DNA from: Candidatus Latescibacterota bacterium
GTDB taxonomy: Bacteria > Latescibacterota > UBA2968 > GCA-2709665
NCBI GenBank assembly: GCA_963667175.2
Contig: CAXXXF010000006.1
Coordinates: 352,001 to 416,000 of the forward strand
Direction: 5' to 3'
DNA: 64,000 bases
Within the stretch, counting starts at the first letter, position 1; the number at the start of each line of letters is the position of its first letter. The notes under the pieces were generated by a model, which saw only the letters and a program-made list of their open reading frames with translations, was not told the DNA's origin and ran no database searches. Position numbers and translations under genes: made by a program. Shown here one piece after another: positions 40,120 through 49,760 of this stretch.

Positions 40120-42198
40120 TCATTCCACGTCGATCACGACATTCCTCCAGTCGTCCACGCGGACGGCAGCGTCCGGAGGGACCAGCGTGGTGGCGTCGTA
40201 GTCCTCGACGATGACCGGGCCCGGGCCCGGCGTATCCCGGAGGAAACGCCGGGACAAGACCGGTGTTTCGATCCATCCCCAGGGTTCGCCGAAATAGGCG
40301 CGCCTGCCGCCCGGTCCTCCGCCACGTCCTTCCGGCTCATCGATGTCTCTCCCGTGTGGTAACGGCGGCTGGGGTAGAAACGCGCGGACCCTCAGGGTAA
40401 CGACCTCGACAGCGTCGCTTTCGGCGCGGTGTCCGTACGTCCGCTCGTGTTCGGCTTCAAAAGCGTCCCTGAGATCGGCCAGAGTACCGCGGTCCCATTG
40501 CCCCAGGGGCGCCCTGATCGAGAGTTCATAGGATTGCCCCGCATATCTGAGGTCCACGAAGTTTTCTACGGCTGAACCTGGCAACCTCTCTCTGGCCTCG
40601 TCAGCCATCCTTCCAAACGTGGACTGTAGCTCAGCCGGTTCTGTTTCCATCAGGTGTTTCAGCCTGGTTTGCGCCAGATCGTACTGCAATCCTGCCGCGA
40701 CCAGACCGATCGCGCTGAAGAGACCCGGAGCCGGCGGAACCAGTACCTTCTTGATTCCGAGCGCTCTGGCCATGCCGACGGCGTGCAGGGGACCGCTCCC
40801 GCCGAAGGCCAGTAACGAAAACCTTTGGGGATCGCGGCCGCGCTCAGACGAAACCGCCCGTACCGCCCTCACCATTCGGGCAACCGCGATCCGGTGCGCT
40901 CCAAGGGCGGCCTCATCCTCCCCCAAGTCCATCTTCGACGCGACCCATTCCCGCATGGCGCTTCGGGCCGACGCGACGTCCATAGACAGACTGCCGCCAG
41001 CGGGTCCTTCGGGATTCAGATATCCCAGTAACAGGTTGGCGTCGGTGAGCGCAGGCCGATTTCCTCCGCGCCGATAGCTGGCGGGTCCGGGGTCCGCTCC
41101 GGCACTCTCCGGTCCCACCTGAAGGGCTCCGCCGCCGTCGACATGCAGGATACTGCCGCCGCCTGCTCCGATTTCGGCCAGATCGATGCAGGGCGCCCGT
41201 ATGGGGTACCCACCCCCGCCCATCAATCTTCCCGCAACAGACAGCCCGCCGCCGACCTCGTAATCCGATACGCGGGAGATTCGACCGTTTTCTATGAGCG
41301 ACGCCTTGGCCGTCGTCCCGCCCATATCGAACGCAATCAGATCAGGGCATCCGACGCGCCGGCCCAGCGCCGCGGCCGCGACGACTCCGGCGGCCGGCCC
41401 GGATTCGAGAATCTGAACCGGTCGCTCGACCGCAGTAGTGGTCCCGGTGACCCCTCCGCTCGACTGCATGATCCTCAGCGGCGCGTCGATATCCAGGTCC
41501 TTCAACCGCGCGTGAAAATCGCCCAGGTAGCTCCGCACCACCGGCATTACGTATGCGTTTATCACCGTGGTGCTCGTGCGCTCGTATTCCTTGATCTCAG
41601 GCAGGACTTCTGACGACAGCGTGACCGTCCACCGCCCGGCCGCACGCAGCAGTTCGCCTATCCTGATCTCGTGGCCGGGATTCACGTATGCATTGAGCAG
41701 ACACACCGCAACCGACGCAACACGCTCTCTTTCCAGGTGTTCGATCGCAAGCTGAACGCTCTTTTCGTCCAGTGTTTCCAACACGTCGCCGGCGGCGTCA
41801 ATCCGTTCATTGACCTCCAGACGGAGATACCGGGGCACGAGTGGTTTCGGCTTCTCCCATGAAAGATCGTACAGCCGAGGCACCCGCAGCCGCCCGATCT
41901 CCAGCACGTCGCGAAAACCCCGTGTTGTGATCAGGCCGGTGCGCGCCCCGGCGCCCCCCAGAACGGCGTTGGTCGCCACGGTGGTACCGTGGATGACTTC
42001 CGTCACCTCCGCCCCCGCTCCCCTGACAACCTGACTTACACCATCTACGATGGCAGTCCCGTAATCACGGGGCGTGGACGGCACCTTGCAGACTGCCACG
42101 CGGCCGTCCCTGCGCACAGCCACAACGTCCGTGAAGGTGCCGCCGATATCAATGCCGATACGCACAGTCGGTACGATCCGGTTAGCGGGTGTCCTCAC
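40120..42198 (-). CDS. hyuA: Hydantoinase A/oxoprolinase ATP-binding subunit
   Basis: IGIDIGGTFTD, HGTTVATNA, EYERTSTT, ESGPAAG, DMGGTT, GAGGGS, GPESAGADPGP; start either GTG 42198 (overlapping the permease stop) or 42165. Confidence 0.92.
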   Translation of the reverse strand: MRTPANRIVPTVRIGIDIGGTFTDVVAVRRDGRVAVCKVPSTPRDYGTAIVDGVSQVVRGAGAEVTEVIHGTTVATNAVLGGAGARTGLITTRGFRDVLEIGRLRVPRLYDLSWEKPKPLVPRYLRLEVNERIDAAGDVLETLDEKSVQLAIEHLERERVASVAVCLLNAYVNPGHEIRIGELLRAAGRWTVTLSSEVLPEIKEYERTSTTVINAYVMPVVRSYLGDFHARLKDLDIDAPLRIMQSSGGVTGTTTAVERPVQILESGPAAGVVAAAALGRRVGCPDLIAFDMGGTTAKASLIENGRISRVSDYEVGGGLSVAGRLMGGGGYPIRAPCIDLAEIGAGGGSILHVDGGGALQVGPESAGADPGPASYRRGGNRPALTDANLLLGYLNPEGPAGGSLSMDVASARSAMREWVASKMDLGEDEAALGAHRIAVARMVRAVRAVSSERGRDPQRFSLLAFGGSGPLHAVGMARALGIKKVLVPPAPGLFSAIGLVAAGLQYDLAQTRLKHLMETEPAELQSTFGRMADEARERLPGSAVENFVDLRYAGQSYELSIRAPLGQWDRGTLADLRDAFEAEHERTYGHRAESDAVEVVTLRVRAFLPQPPLPHGRDIDEPEGRGGGPGGRRAYFGEPWGWIETPVLSRRFLRDTPGPGPVIVEDYDATTLVPPDAAVRVDDWRNVVIDVE

Positions 42199-43508
42199 TC
42201 CATGAACAGATACCTGGCGATGAAGATCACCGCCAGCAGATCCACCAGGGGGTTCACTTCGTCTCCGCGACCTCCCAGACGTTTGACAATGGGAAACGCG
42301 ATAAACCCCAACGCAAGACCGTCCGAGATACTGAACGTCAACGGCATGGCGATCATCGTCAGAAACGCCGGCAGCGCATCCGTGACCTCGTCCCACTTCA
42401 CGTTCACTACCGATGCCATCATCAGCACGCCCACTACGATCAGCGCGGGCGCGGTTGCAAACGCGGGAACGGCCTCCATCAACGGAGTAAGGAAGAGCGC
42501 GAGCAGAAACATGGCGCCCGTCACCACACTTGCGAAACCGGTGCGCGCGCCGGCCGAAATGCCCGCCGCACTTTCGATATACGTCGTCACCGTCGACGTC
42601 CCGAAGAGGGAGCCGAACATCGTGCCCAGCGAATCGGCCAGGAGCGCACGGTTGGCACGTGGCAGGCGGCCGCGTCTGTCCATGAATCCGGCCCTACCGG
42701 ATACGCCGACCAGGGTACCCATCGTGTCGAACAGGTCCACAAACAGGAATACAAGGACAATGCCGATCAGTCCCACGTCGAACGCGGCCGTCAGGTTGAC
42801 GACCGCGACTCCGAACAGTCGATCCGGCCAGGCGGGGAGGCTGATGAGGCCCTGAGGCGTCGAGGCCACGCCCGTCACCATACCCAGAACCGCCACGCCC
42901 AGCATTCCCAGCAATATGGCTCCCTTGACACCTCTTGCCAACATGATGCCCGTGCCCAGCACACCCAACAGCGTAAGCCCAACGGGTCCGCTTCTGATGT
43001 CGCCCAGCGCGACCAGCGTCGCCGAGTCTCCCGATACGATTCCCGCGTTCTTCAATCCGATGAACGCGATAAACAGCCCGATGCCGCACGCCGTCGCCTG
43101 TTTTATGGCGTCGGGTACCGCGTTGATTATGGCTTCCCTTACACGTATCAGCGTCAACAACGTGAACAGGATGCCTGATGCAAGAACCACCCCCAATGCC
43201 AGATCCCAACGCACCCCCATGCCGAGTACAACCGAATACGCGAAGAAGGCGTTCAGACCCATACCGGGCGCCAGCGCAAACGGGTAATTCGAGGCGATGC
43301 CCATGATCAGCGTCGCCATTGCCGCTGAAATGCACGTTGCGAACAACAACTCTCCAAACAGATCCTTACCGAGCGCTTCCGACAACATACCCGGATTCAC
43401 CGCAATTATGTACGCCATCGTTACGAACGTCGTCAGCCCGCCAACCACTTCCGTACGGTAGGTTGCCCCGTTCTCTTCGAATCGAAAATACTTCGCAATC
43501 GCCCGCAT
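42195..43508 (-). CDS. NCS2/AzgA family purine permease
   Basis: GGLTTFVTMAYI, APGMGLNAFF, DLFDTMGT, TTYIESAAG...GARTG, ATAPAL. Confidence 0.93.
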   Translation of the reverse strand: MRAIAKYFRFEENGATYRTEVVGGLTTFVTMAYIIAVNPGMLSEALGKDLFGELLFATCISAAMATLIMGIASNYPFALAPGMGLNAFFAYSVVLGMGVRWDLALGVVLASGILFTLLTLIRVREAIINAVPDAIKQATACGIGLFIAFIGLKNAGIVSGDSATLVALGDIRSGPVGLTLLGVLGTGIMLARGVKGAILLGMLGVAVLGMVTGVASTPQGLISLPAWPDRLFGVAVVNLTAAFDVGLIGIVLVFLFVDLFDTMGTLVGVSGRAGFMDRRGRLPRANRALLADSLGTMFGSLFGTSTVTTYIESAAGISAGARTGFASVVTGAMFLLALFLTPLMEAVPAFATAPALIVVGVLMMASVVNVKWDEVTDALPAFLTMIAMPLTFSISDGLALGFIAFPIVKRLGGRGDEVNPLVDLLAVIFIARYLFME

Positions 43509-43742
43509 TCGTCTCTCCATCCGCGAATCCAGCCGCCGCTGACCCGCATTCTGCCTCCGTAGCGCCGGTTGGCCCGTAATTGACATTTCGGACCCCATCG
43601 GCCGGGCAGTCGGCTTTAGGCTTGATTTTGCATTGAACTTGACTACCTTTATCCCTGTCGGCGAACCTTCGATTCAGCGATCAACTGCCTTCGGCCGATC
43701 CCTTTGAACTGACGATTTCGTGCAAACCGACGGAGCCCAGGG

Positions 43743-44507
43743 ATGTCGGAAGATATCGGATCGATCCTCAAAAGCTGGCCGTACGATCCGCAAAACAGCA
43801 TCCGTAAGGTCATCGATCCCCGCGGCGTGGAGAAAATTCAGGTGCGAGTGGACCAGGGCGCGTTCCAGGGTGTTCTGCAGATGGAACTGGACGGGCGCCC
43901 CGACGGCCAGAAACCCTACAATCAGACCTTTGTCCTGGACTACCACAAGAAACTCCTGCAGAAACACGTGGGCGCGTCCGGATCGCCCGCGGGCTTCAAT
44001 CTGGACGAGCGCGCCTGTTCCGAAATCTTCGATGAAAGCCGGCGGATATACGAGCGTTACGTCTTTCTTCTGCAGATTCGGGACTACAACCGGGTTGTTC
44101 GCGATACCGAAAGAAACATGGACGTCTTCCGCTTTGTAAACCGGTACGCGGAACGCGCGGAAGACCGGGAAAACCTTGAAAAGTGGTGGCCGTACATTCT
44201 AAGAATCCACGCCGTCGCCCGGGTGATGATTGCAACCCAGCAGGAAGATTACGATACCGCACTCGAGATTATCCGCGAGGCGCAGACAAAGATCGCAGAC
44301 CTCGATGGCGTTGAGGCCGAAGAGTTCGAAACAGAAAAAAAGCGGTCTCAGGACTCGCTTAAAGAACTGGAAGACGAAATACTGAGCAAACGCCCTCAGA
44401 GTCCCGCGGAAAAACTAAGGGAGGAACTGGCTCAGGCCGTTGAGGAAGAAGATTTCGAACGCGCCGCGGCGATCCGCGACAAGATATGGGAACAGGAAGA
44501 GCGTTAG
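43743..44507 (+). CDS. UvrB/UvrC-motif-containing protein
   Basis: GVLQMELDGRPDG, RDTERN; C-terminal UVR motif LAQAVEEEDFERAAAIRDKI. Confidence 0.8.
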   Translation: MSEDIGSILKSWPYDPQNSIRKVIDPRGVEKIQVRVDQGAFQGVLQMELDGRPDGQKPYNQTFVLDYHKKLLQKHVGASGSPAGFNLDERACSEIFDESRRIYERYVFLLQIRDYNRVVRDTERNMDVFRFVNRYAERAEDRENLEKWWPYILRIHAVARVMIATQQEDYDTALEIIREAQTKIADLDGVEAEEFETEKKRSQDSLKELEDEILSKRPQSPAEKLREELAQAVEEEDFERAAAIRDKIWEQEER

Positions 44508-44745
44508 TGTTCTGACCCGATAACCTACCGGGTATTCCACAGTTCGCCGGGAAGTTTTGACGTACCCGATCCGTTTCTGCGTTCACCGGAATATGTACGC
44601 GGCATGTCTAAAATAGTCAAATACAGAGGGTCCGTGCAAGACATTTGACACACGGACGCGGGTATGACTGGAGATGATTCCAGGGAGTGCATTCGACGTC
44701 AAGGAGCCTTCCGCAGGGAGAACAACCTCGCGGTGTAAGAAAAAC

Positions 44746-44774
44746 TTGACTTTTCGTTACAAAACCAATACAAT
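44746..44774 (+). promoter_or_regulatory. Sigma70 promoter for the ilvB leader
   Basis: TTGACT-N17-TACAAT. Confidence 0.75.
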
Positions 44775-44891
44775 ATCCGTTCACGGACAGACGCTCATCC
44801 GTCGTGTCGACCGGCAAGTATTGCACCGGATCGGAGTATTAATACAAGCCTGAACGGCGAGACCGCGGAGTCGTTTGAAAGGATTCTCCCA

Positions 44892-44999
44892 ATGGTTCCC
44901 ACTCTGTGCGATATCCCCGTTGCAGTCATGGTTGACAGTAGCGCGAACCGGATCGGCGGCCTTCCGGTATCCGTATCCAGGCGGCGGCAGGGCGCGTAG
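44892..44999 (+). CDS. ilvB leader peptide (35 aa)
   Basis: AAGGA RBS; MVPTLCDIPVAVMVDSSANRIGGLPVSVSRRRQGA has 10 Val/Ile/Leu codons; lies between the promoter and the attenuator. Confidence 0.75.
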   Translation: MVPTLCDIPVAVMVDSSANRIGGLPVSVSRRRQGA

Positions 45000-45027
45000 C
45001 CAGATTGGCAGATGCACGAGTTCAGCC

Positions 45028-45061
45028 CGCCGTCGATATCGATTCGACGGCGTTTTTGTTT
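45028..45061 (+). terminator. Attenuator terminator upstream of ilvB
   Basis: CGCCGTCGA-TATCGAT-TCGACGGCG-TTTTTGTTT; its 5' arm can alternatively pair with 44981-44993. Confidence 0.8.
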
Positions 45062-45159
45062 GCGGTTTTCGCACGCAAATTTGACGGACCGAGAGTGCGT
45101 GTGTATATTGCACTCGAATCATCCTTAAGCGGCATCTTAAATTCAGGAGTAAACGCCAG

Positions 45160-46935
45160 ATGGCAAAGCAATCCGAGCAGGTCTGCGCATCCGAAACCAA
45201 CGGGCGCCCTGAACGGCAGGCGGGGTTCGGTGACGCGACGCCGCATCCCCCGTCCCCGATGAAGGGCGCGGATATCCTGGTGGAAGCACTGGTCAGGGAA
45301 GGTGTCGACGTCATTTTCGGTTATCCTGGCGGCGCGAGTATGGAAATTCATCAGGCGCTCACGCGTTCCAGGATCCGAAACGTCCTGTGCCGGCACGAAC
45401 AGGGTGAGATCTTTGCCGCAGAAGGCTTTGCCAAGGCATCCGGCAGGGTCGGCACGTGTCTTGCCACCTCCGGTCCGGGCGCCACCAACCTGGTCACCGG
45501 ATTGGCCGACGCGAAGATGGATTCCGTCCCTCTGGTCGCCATAACGGGTCAGGTGGCGACACACGTGATGGGCGGCGATGCCTTTCAGGAGACTCCCATC
45601 GTCGAGGTCACCCGGCAGATTACCAAACATAACTTTCTGATCGACCGCATCGAGGAAATTCCACGCATCGTAAAGGAATCCTTCTACATCGCAAACACGG
45701 GCCGGCCCGGACCCGTGTTGATCGACGTGCCGAAAGACGTGCAGCAGGCCATGCATGCGCCGCTCTGGCCGGACGACGTGGCCATTCGAAGCTACAATCC
45801 ACAGATCAGAGCCGACAGCAGATCCATCGATCAGGTCGTCCGCGCGATCCGGGAAGCCAAACGGCCGGTTCTCTACGTCGGCGGGGGCGTCGTGGCTGCC
45901 GGGGCGGCGGAACAGCTGCGCGAGCTTGTCCGTAAGACCGATATCCCCGTGGTGCAGACGCTCATGGGGCTTGGCGTTTTTCCGGAGACCCACCCGCTCT
46001 CGCTCAGGATGGTTGGCATGCACGGCACCGTATACGCCAACTACGCGATCAATCACGCAGACCTGTTGCTGGCCATGGGCGTTCGCTTCGACGACCGCGT
46101 CACGGGAAAGCTCGAGGAATTCTGCAAACATGGAAGAATCGTGCACGTCGACGTCGACCCGTCTGAAATCAATAAAAACAAGACCGCGCATATTCCCGTG
46201 GTCAGCGACGTCAGATTCGCACTTGAGGACCTGAATAGGCAAGTGGAGCCCGGAGACTACACGTCGTGGCATGCCGAATTGGAAACCTGGCGTCAGAAAC
46301 ATCCGCTCGCTTACCAGGAAGCGGACGACGAAATCCTGCCCCAGCACGCCATCGACCTGCTGTACCGAATGACGGGCGGGAAGGCGGTGGTCTCTACGGG
46401 CGTGGGTCAGCATCAGATGTGGGCCGCCCAGTATTACCTGTTCGACGAACCCCGCAACTGGCTCACGTCGGGAGGGCTGGGCGCGATGGGCTTCGGCCTG
46501 CCCGCCGCGCTGGGCGCGCAGCTGGCCAGGCCGGGCGAGCTTGTCGTCAACATCGACGGCGACGGGAGCTTTGTGATGAACGTTCAGGAACTGGCCACGC
46601 TATACGTTGAGAAGCTCCCCGTCAAGACGATCGTCATCAACAACCAGCATCTGGGTATGGTGGTACAGTGGGAAGACCGGTTCTATCAGAGCAACCGGGG
46701 ACACACGTTCATCGGCGATCCGGACGGCGGCATCCATCCCGATTTTGTCAGAATCGCAGAGGGTTTCGGGATTCCATCGGCACGCGTGGACCGAAAGAAG
46801 GACCTTCACGGCGCCCTGGAACGCCTGCTCGAGACGCCCGGTCCCTATTTGCTGGACGTGATCGTGCCGTACCAGGAGCACGTCCTGCCCATGATCCCCG
46901 CCGGCCACACCTTCGCGGATATTATAACCGAATGA
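45160..46935 (+). CDS. ilvB: Acetolactate synthase large (catalytic) subunit
   Basis: [65 protein letters not shown]. Confidence 0.96.
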   Translation: MAKQSEQVCASETNGRPERQAGFGDATPHPPSPMKGADILVEALVREGVDVIFGYPGGASMEIHQALTRSRIRNVLCRHEQGEIFAAEGFAKASGRVGTCLATSGPGATNLVTGLADAKMDSVPLVAITGQVATHVMGGDAFQETPIVEVTRQITKHNFLIDRIEEIPRIVKESFYIANTGRPGPVLIDVPKDVQQAMHAPLWPDDVAIRSYNPQIRADSRSIDQVVRAIREAKRPVLYVGGGVVAAGAAEQLRELVRKTDIPVVQTLMGLGVFPETHPLSLRMVGMHGTVYANYAINHADLLLAMGVRFDDRVTGKLEEFCKHGRIVHVDVDPSEINKNKTAHIPVVSDVRFALEDLNRQVEPGDYTSWHAELETWRQKHPLAYQEADDEILPQHAIDLLYRMTGGKAVVSTGVGQHQMWAAQYYLFDEPRNWLTSGGLGAMGFGLPAALGAQLARPGELVVNIDGDGSFVMNVQELATLYVEKLPVKTIVINNQHLGMVVQWEDRFYQSNRGHTFIGDPDGGIHPDFVRIAEGFGIPSARVDRKKDLHGALERLLETPGPYLLDVIVPYQEHVLPMIPAGHTFADIITE

Positions 46936-46998
46936 ATCGAGGCAATGGGCTTGACCTCCGGATGTTGTCCCGCAACATCCGGATTTTTATGCCTGCCG

Positions 46999-47027
46999 GG
47001 AACGCCGGCGGCAACCCGCATGTCTAA
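46999..47027 (+). promoter_or_regulatory. ECF (sigmaE-like) autoregulatory promoter
   Basis: GGAACGC-N16-GTCTAA upstream of the ECF sigma gene; same geometry as the site at 49068. Confidence 0.7.
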
Positions 47028-47145
47028 AAATCGGATAGACGAGACGGGAGGCTGCACGCCCCGCTCGAAGCCTTACGTGGCTGTTCTTCGGATCTCTGCC
47101 GGTTGCCCTGTGCGACCGCGATAACTGCTGGTATGGACCCATGCC

Positions 47146-47754
47146 GTGTTTTCGGGAGCCCGAATGGGTGAAGATCTGGTGCTGGTCAGACGCTGCCAGG
47201 AAGGAGACCATCACGCGTATCGCGCGCTCGTCGAGCGTTACGAAGGCCGGATCTACAACCTCGCCTGCTCGATCGTCGGCGACCGGGAGGCCGCTCGCGA
47301 TGCCGCCCAGACAGCCTTCATCCGGGCATACCAGGCGCTTCCGGGATTCCGTGCCGACGCCGGCTTCTACACGTGGCTTTACAGAATTGCCGTCAACGTC
47401 TGTCTCAATGCGGCCCAGAAAGAAAAACGCCGTCGGGATACCACCTCGCTCGACGATCTGCTGGAATCGGGGCATTTTACTTCGGAGCACCTCTGGGAAC
47501 GTCGCACACCCCACGGCGATTTCGAACGGATGCAGCTGCAGGATACGATCCACAGAATTCTGGGGCATCTCTCGCCCGATCACCGGCTGGTTATCGTCCT
47601 CAAAGATATACAAGGATTCTCGCAGGAGGAAATTTCGGAAACACTGAATTGTTCGGTCGGCACAGTCAAATCTCGTCTTTCTCGGGCGCGGGCGAACCTG
47701 AGAGATTTGCTCCGTCCCGTATACGACGAATGGAAAGAGGGGGCAGCGCCATGA
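47146..47754 (+). CDS. ECF sigma-70 factor (RpoE/SigW-like)
   Basis: LVERY, ARDAAQTAFIRAY, FYTWLYRIAVN, GFSQEEISETLNCSVGTVKSRLSRAR; start 47146 or 47164. Confidence 0.93.
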   Translation: MFSGARMGEDLVLVRRCQEGDHHAYRALVERYEGRIYNLACSIVGDREAARDAAQTAFIRAYQALPGFRADAGFYTWLYRIAVNVCLNAAQKEKRRRDTTSLDDLLESGHFTSEHLWERRTPHGDFERMQLQDTIHRILGHLSPDHRLVIVLKDIQGFSQEEISETLNCSVGTVKSRLSRARANLRDLLRPVYDEWKEGAAP

Positions 47755-48191
47755 ACGATTCCGACGTCAAGAGCCTTTTGCCCGATTACCTGGAATCCAA
47801 CTTACCTGCCGAACAGATGCGGGAGATCGAGGCGCGCCTGGCGGTCTCGGCCGCCTGCCGGGATGAACTGGATTATCTCAAACGCCTGCAACACCTGCTT
47901 GCAGGCAGGCCTGAATCCGCGTCGCCCGGGCTCTGGCGGAGCATTGCACGGCATATCGTCCCCGAAGACGTCTCGGAGCCGTGGCGGCAGTTCGAATGGG
48001 TAGGAAAAAGGTTCCTTCCGGTCCTGGCCGCCGCGGTCCTGCTTCTGGCGGTCCTCGGCAATCTCACGTCCGAAGCGCCCGCCCTTACGCTGGAAGACTA
48101 TTTGAATGCCCAGTGGGATGAACAGGAAGCCGAACTGCTTAGCGGCGCGGAACTCTCCGGCGACGTCCTGAGAGTCATACAATCGAGGTAG
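47751..48191 (+). CDS. Anti-sigma factor (degenerate zf-HC2/ASD + single TM helix)
   Basis: ATGA overlap with the sigma gene; LLPDYLESNL...EARLAVSAACRDEL; one TM helix. Confidence 0.8.
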   Translation: MNDSDVKSLLPDYLESNLPAEQMREIEARLAVSAACRDELDYLKRLQHLLAGRPESASPGLWRSIARHIVPEDVSEPWRQFEWVGKRFLPVLAAAVLLLAVLGNLTSEAPALTLEDYLNAQWDEQEAELLSGAELSGDVLRVIQSR

Positions 48192-48195
48192 TCGC

Positions 48196-49059
48196 ATGAC
48201 CGAAAACGCAACCCGGCTCAAAGCCGCTCTTCTGGCGCTGGGCATTCTCGTCGTAGGTGTGATTCTGGGCGCAACTGCCCATCGCTGGGTTCCCGCTGTA
48301 GGCGATAGACAGGCGCATAAGCCCCCCCCGGAACGCCCACGCATTCCTCAACCGGGCGCAACGTCAGAACGCCTGTTGAAGCGATACTCCCGGAATCTGG
48401 ACCTGACCGATGTACAGCAGACGGAAATCGATCAGATCCTGGATCAGAGCCGGGAACTGATGGTCGAGGTGCGGAAGAATATCGGTTCGAAGATCGAAAC
48501 GGTGAGGCGGGACACGTGGGCCAAGATCCGCGACGTCCTCACACCCGGTCAGCAGGAGATATTCGACGAGTTGACCAGCCCGGTATCCCCGAACATTATC
48601 CTTCGGCAATTCAAGAGACGTCTCGACCTCAATGAGGATCAGCAGGCGGAAATCTCACGCATTCTCAAGAGCAACTGGGCAGAAATGAGAAGAATGCGCC
48701 GGAAAATCCGGGAGAGACTGAAGGAGATTCATAAAGATTCACGTGCCGAACAACTCAACCTTCTCACGCCTGAACAGAGGAAACAGGCCAAGGGCAGATG
48801 GAACCCGAATCTCTCGGGCGAGCAGCGTACGGAAATGGATCGCATCAGGAGAGAGAGTCGCGAGACAACGCGCCGGCTCTTTCAGGAACGCGACGAGCAA
48901 CTGGGTCTGGCGGTGCGGAAGACGTGGCTGGAAGTCAAGACCCACCTCGACTCCAGTCAGGTGGCGAAGTTCCATCGAATCACGGACGGTATCGAGCGGC
49001 GCATGAAGTGGGAACGGCAGTCCCGACGTAGACCGGGCGGCAGACCTACCAGATTCTGA
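48196..49059 (+). CDS. Membrane-anchored helical protein with duplicated Spy/CpxP-like (LTxxQ) units
   Basis: N-terminal TM helix; LDLTDVQQ...VLTPGQQ, LDLNEDQQ...LLTPEQR. Confidence 0.75.
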   Translation: MTENATRLKAALLALGILVVGVILGATAHRWVPAVGDRQAHKPPPERPRIPQPGATSERLLKRYSRNLDLTDVQQTEIDQILDQSRELMVEVRKNIGSKIETVRRDTWAKIRDVLTPGQQEIFDELTSPVSPNIILRQFKRRLDLNEDQQAEISRILKSNWAEMRRMRRKIRERLKEIHKDSRAEQLNLLTPEQRKQAKGRWNPNLSGEQRTEMDRIRRESRETTRRLFQERDEQLGLAVRKTWLEVKTHLDSSQVAKFHRITDGIERRMKWERQSRRRPGGRPTRF

Positions 49060-49067
49060 GGGACGAG

Positions 49068-49095
49068 GGAACACTCTCAGTCTATCATTTGTCTA
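49068..49095 (+). promoter_or_regulatory. Internal ECF (sigmaE-like) promoter
   Basis: GGAACAC-N16-GTCTA upstream of the Spy-like gene at 49214. Confidence 0.7.
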
Positions 49096-49213
49096 TAGCG
49101 TAGAGCCCCTCCGAGTGGACGACCGGACTGCAGCCGGTCACGGCAGGGCTGGTCGCCTGCGGGCAACCGCCCCTAATGAACAGCAAGCCGGGTTAACGGA
49201 AAGGAGAAACAAC

Positions 49214-49729
49214 ATGAAACGTCTCGCCATCATCGCGGCCGTCGTCATTCCCATCCTTGTCATCGCCTGGGTGCTGCCCACAAACGCACATCGGGGCAAG
49301 CGAGGCTGGAAGGGCGGGAAGGCGCCAATGGCGGCCCTGGAACTGACAGCGGAACAGAGAACCAGGATGGAAAAACTCAAACTGGCGCAGGCCAAACAGA
49401 TGGCTCGACTGCGTGCCGACCTGAAGGTCGCCAGACTGGACCTCCGGGCCGCGATGAGGAAGGACGAGCCCGATGCCGCCGACGTCAAAGCGAGCGTTGC
49501 CGCCGTAAATGGCGCCCGATCCCTGATTCTGGAAAGCCGCGTCGACCACCGGCTCAAGGTCAACAGCATCCTGACACCGGAGCAGCGGACCAAGCTTCGT
49601 GAAATGCGAAGGGATCGATCCAGGAAGGGGTGGGGCAAAATGTGGCGCAAGGGACGCTACCATAAGCGGTTTCGGGGGATGGGAGAAAAACGCCCCGACG
49701 GCGCCGACAACCGCCCGTCTTCAATCTGA
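49214..49729 (+). CDS. Spy/CpxP/ZraP family periplasmic chaperone
   Basis: AAGGAG RBS; signal peptide; LELTAEQ...ILTPEQRTKL. Confidence 0.85.
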   Translation: MKRLAIIAAVVIPILVIAWVLPTNAHRGKRGWKGGKAPMAALELTAEQRTRMEKLKLAQAKQMARLRADLKVARLDLRAAMRKDEPDAADVKASVAAVNGARSLILESRVDHRLKVNSILTPEQRTKLREMRRDRSRKGWGKMWRKGRYHKRFRGMGEKRPDGADNRPSSI

Positions 49730-49760
49730 CTGAATCTGCCGGGATAGGAAGGTTTTCGAG

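Noticed and set aside
43520-43742. Purine riboswitch upstream of the NCS2 permease
   Set aside because: No purine aptamer consensus visible on the minus strand.
44588-44611. Third ECF promoter (GGAATAT...GTCTAA)
   Set aside because: Spacer is only 11 nt versus 16 at the two accepted sites.
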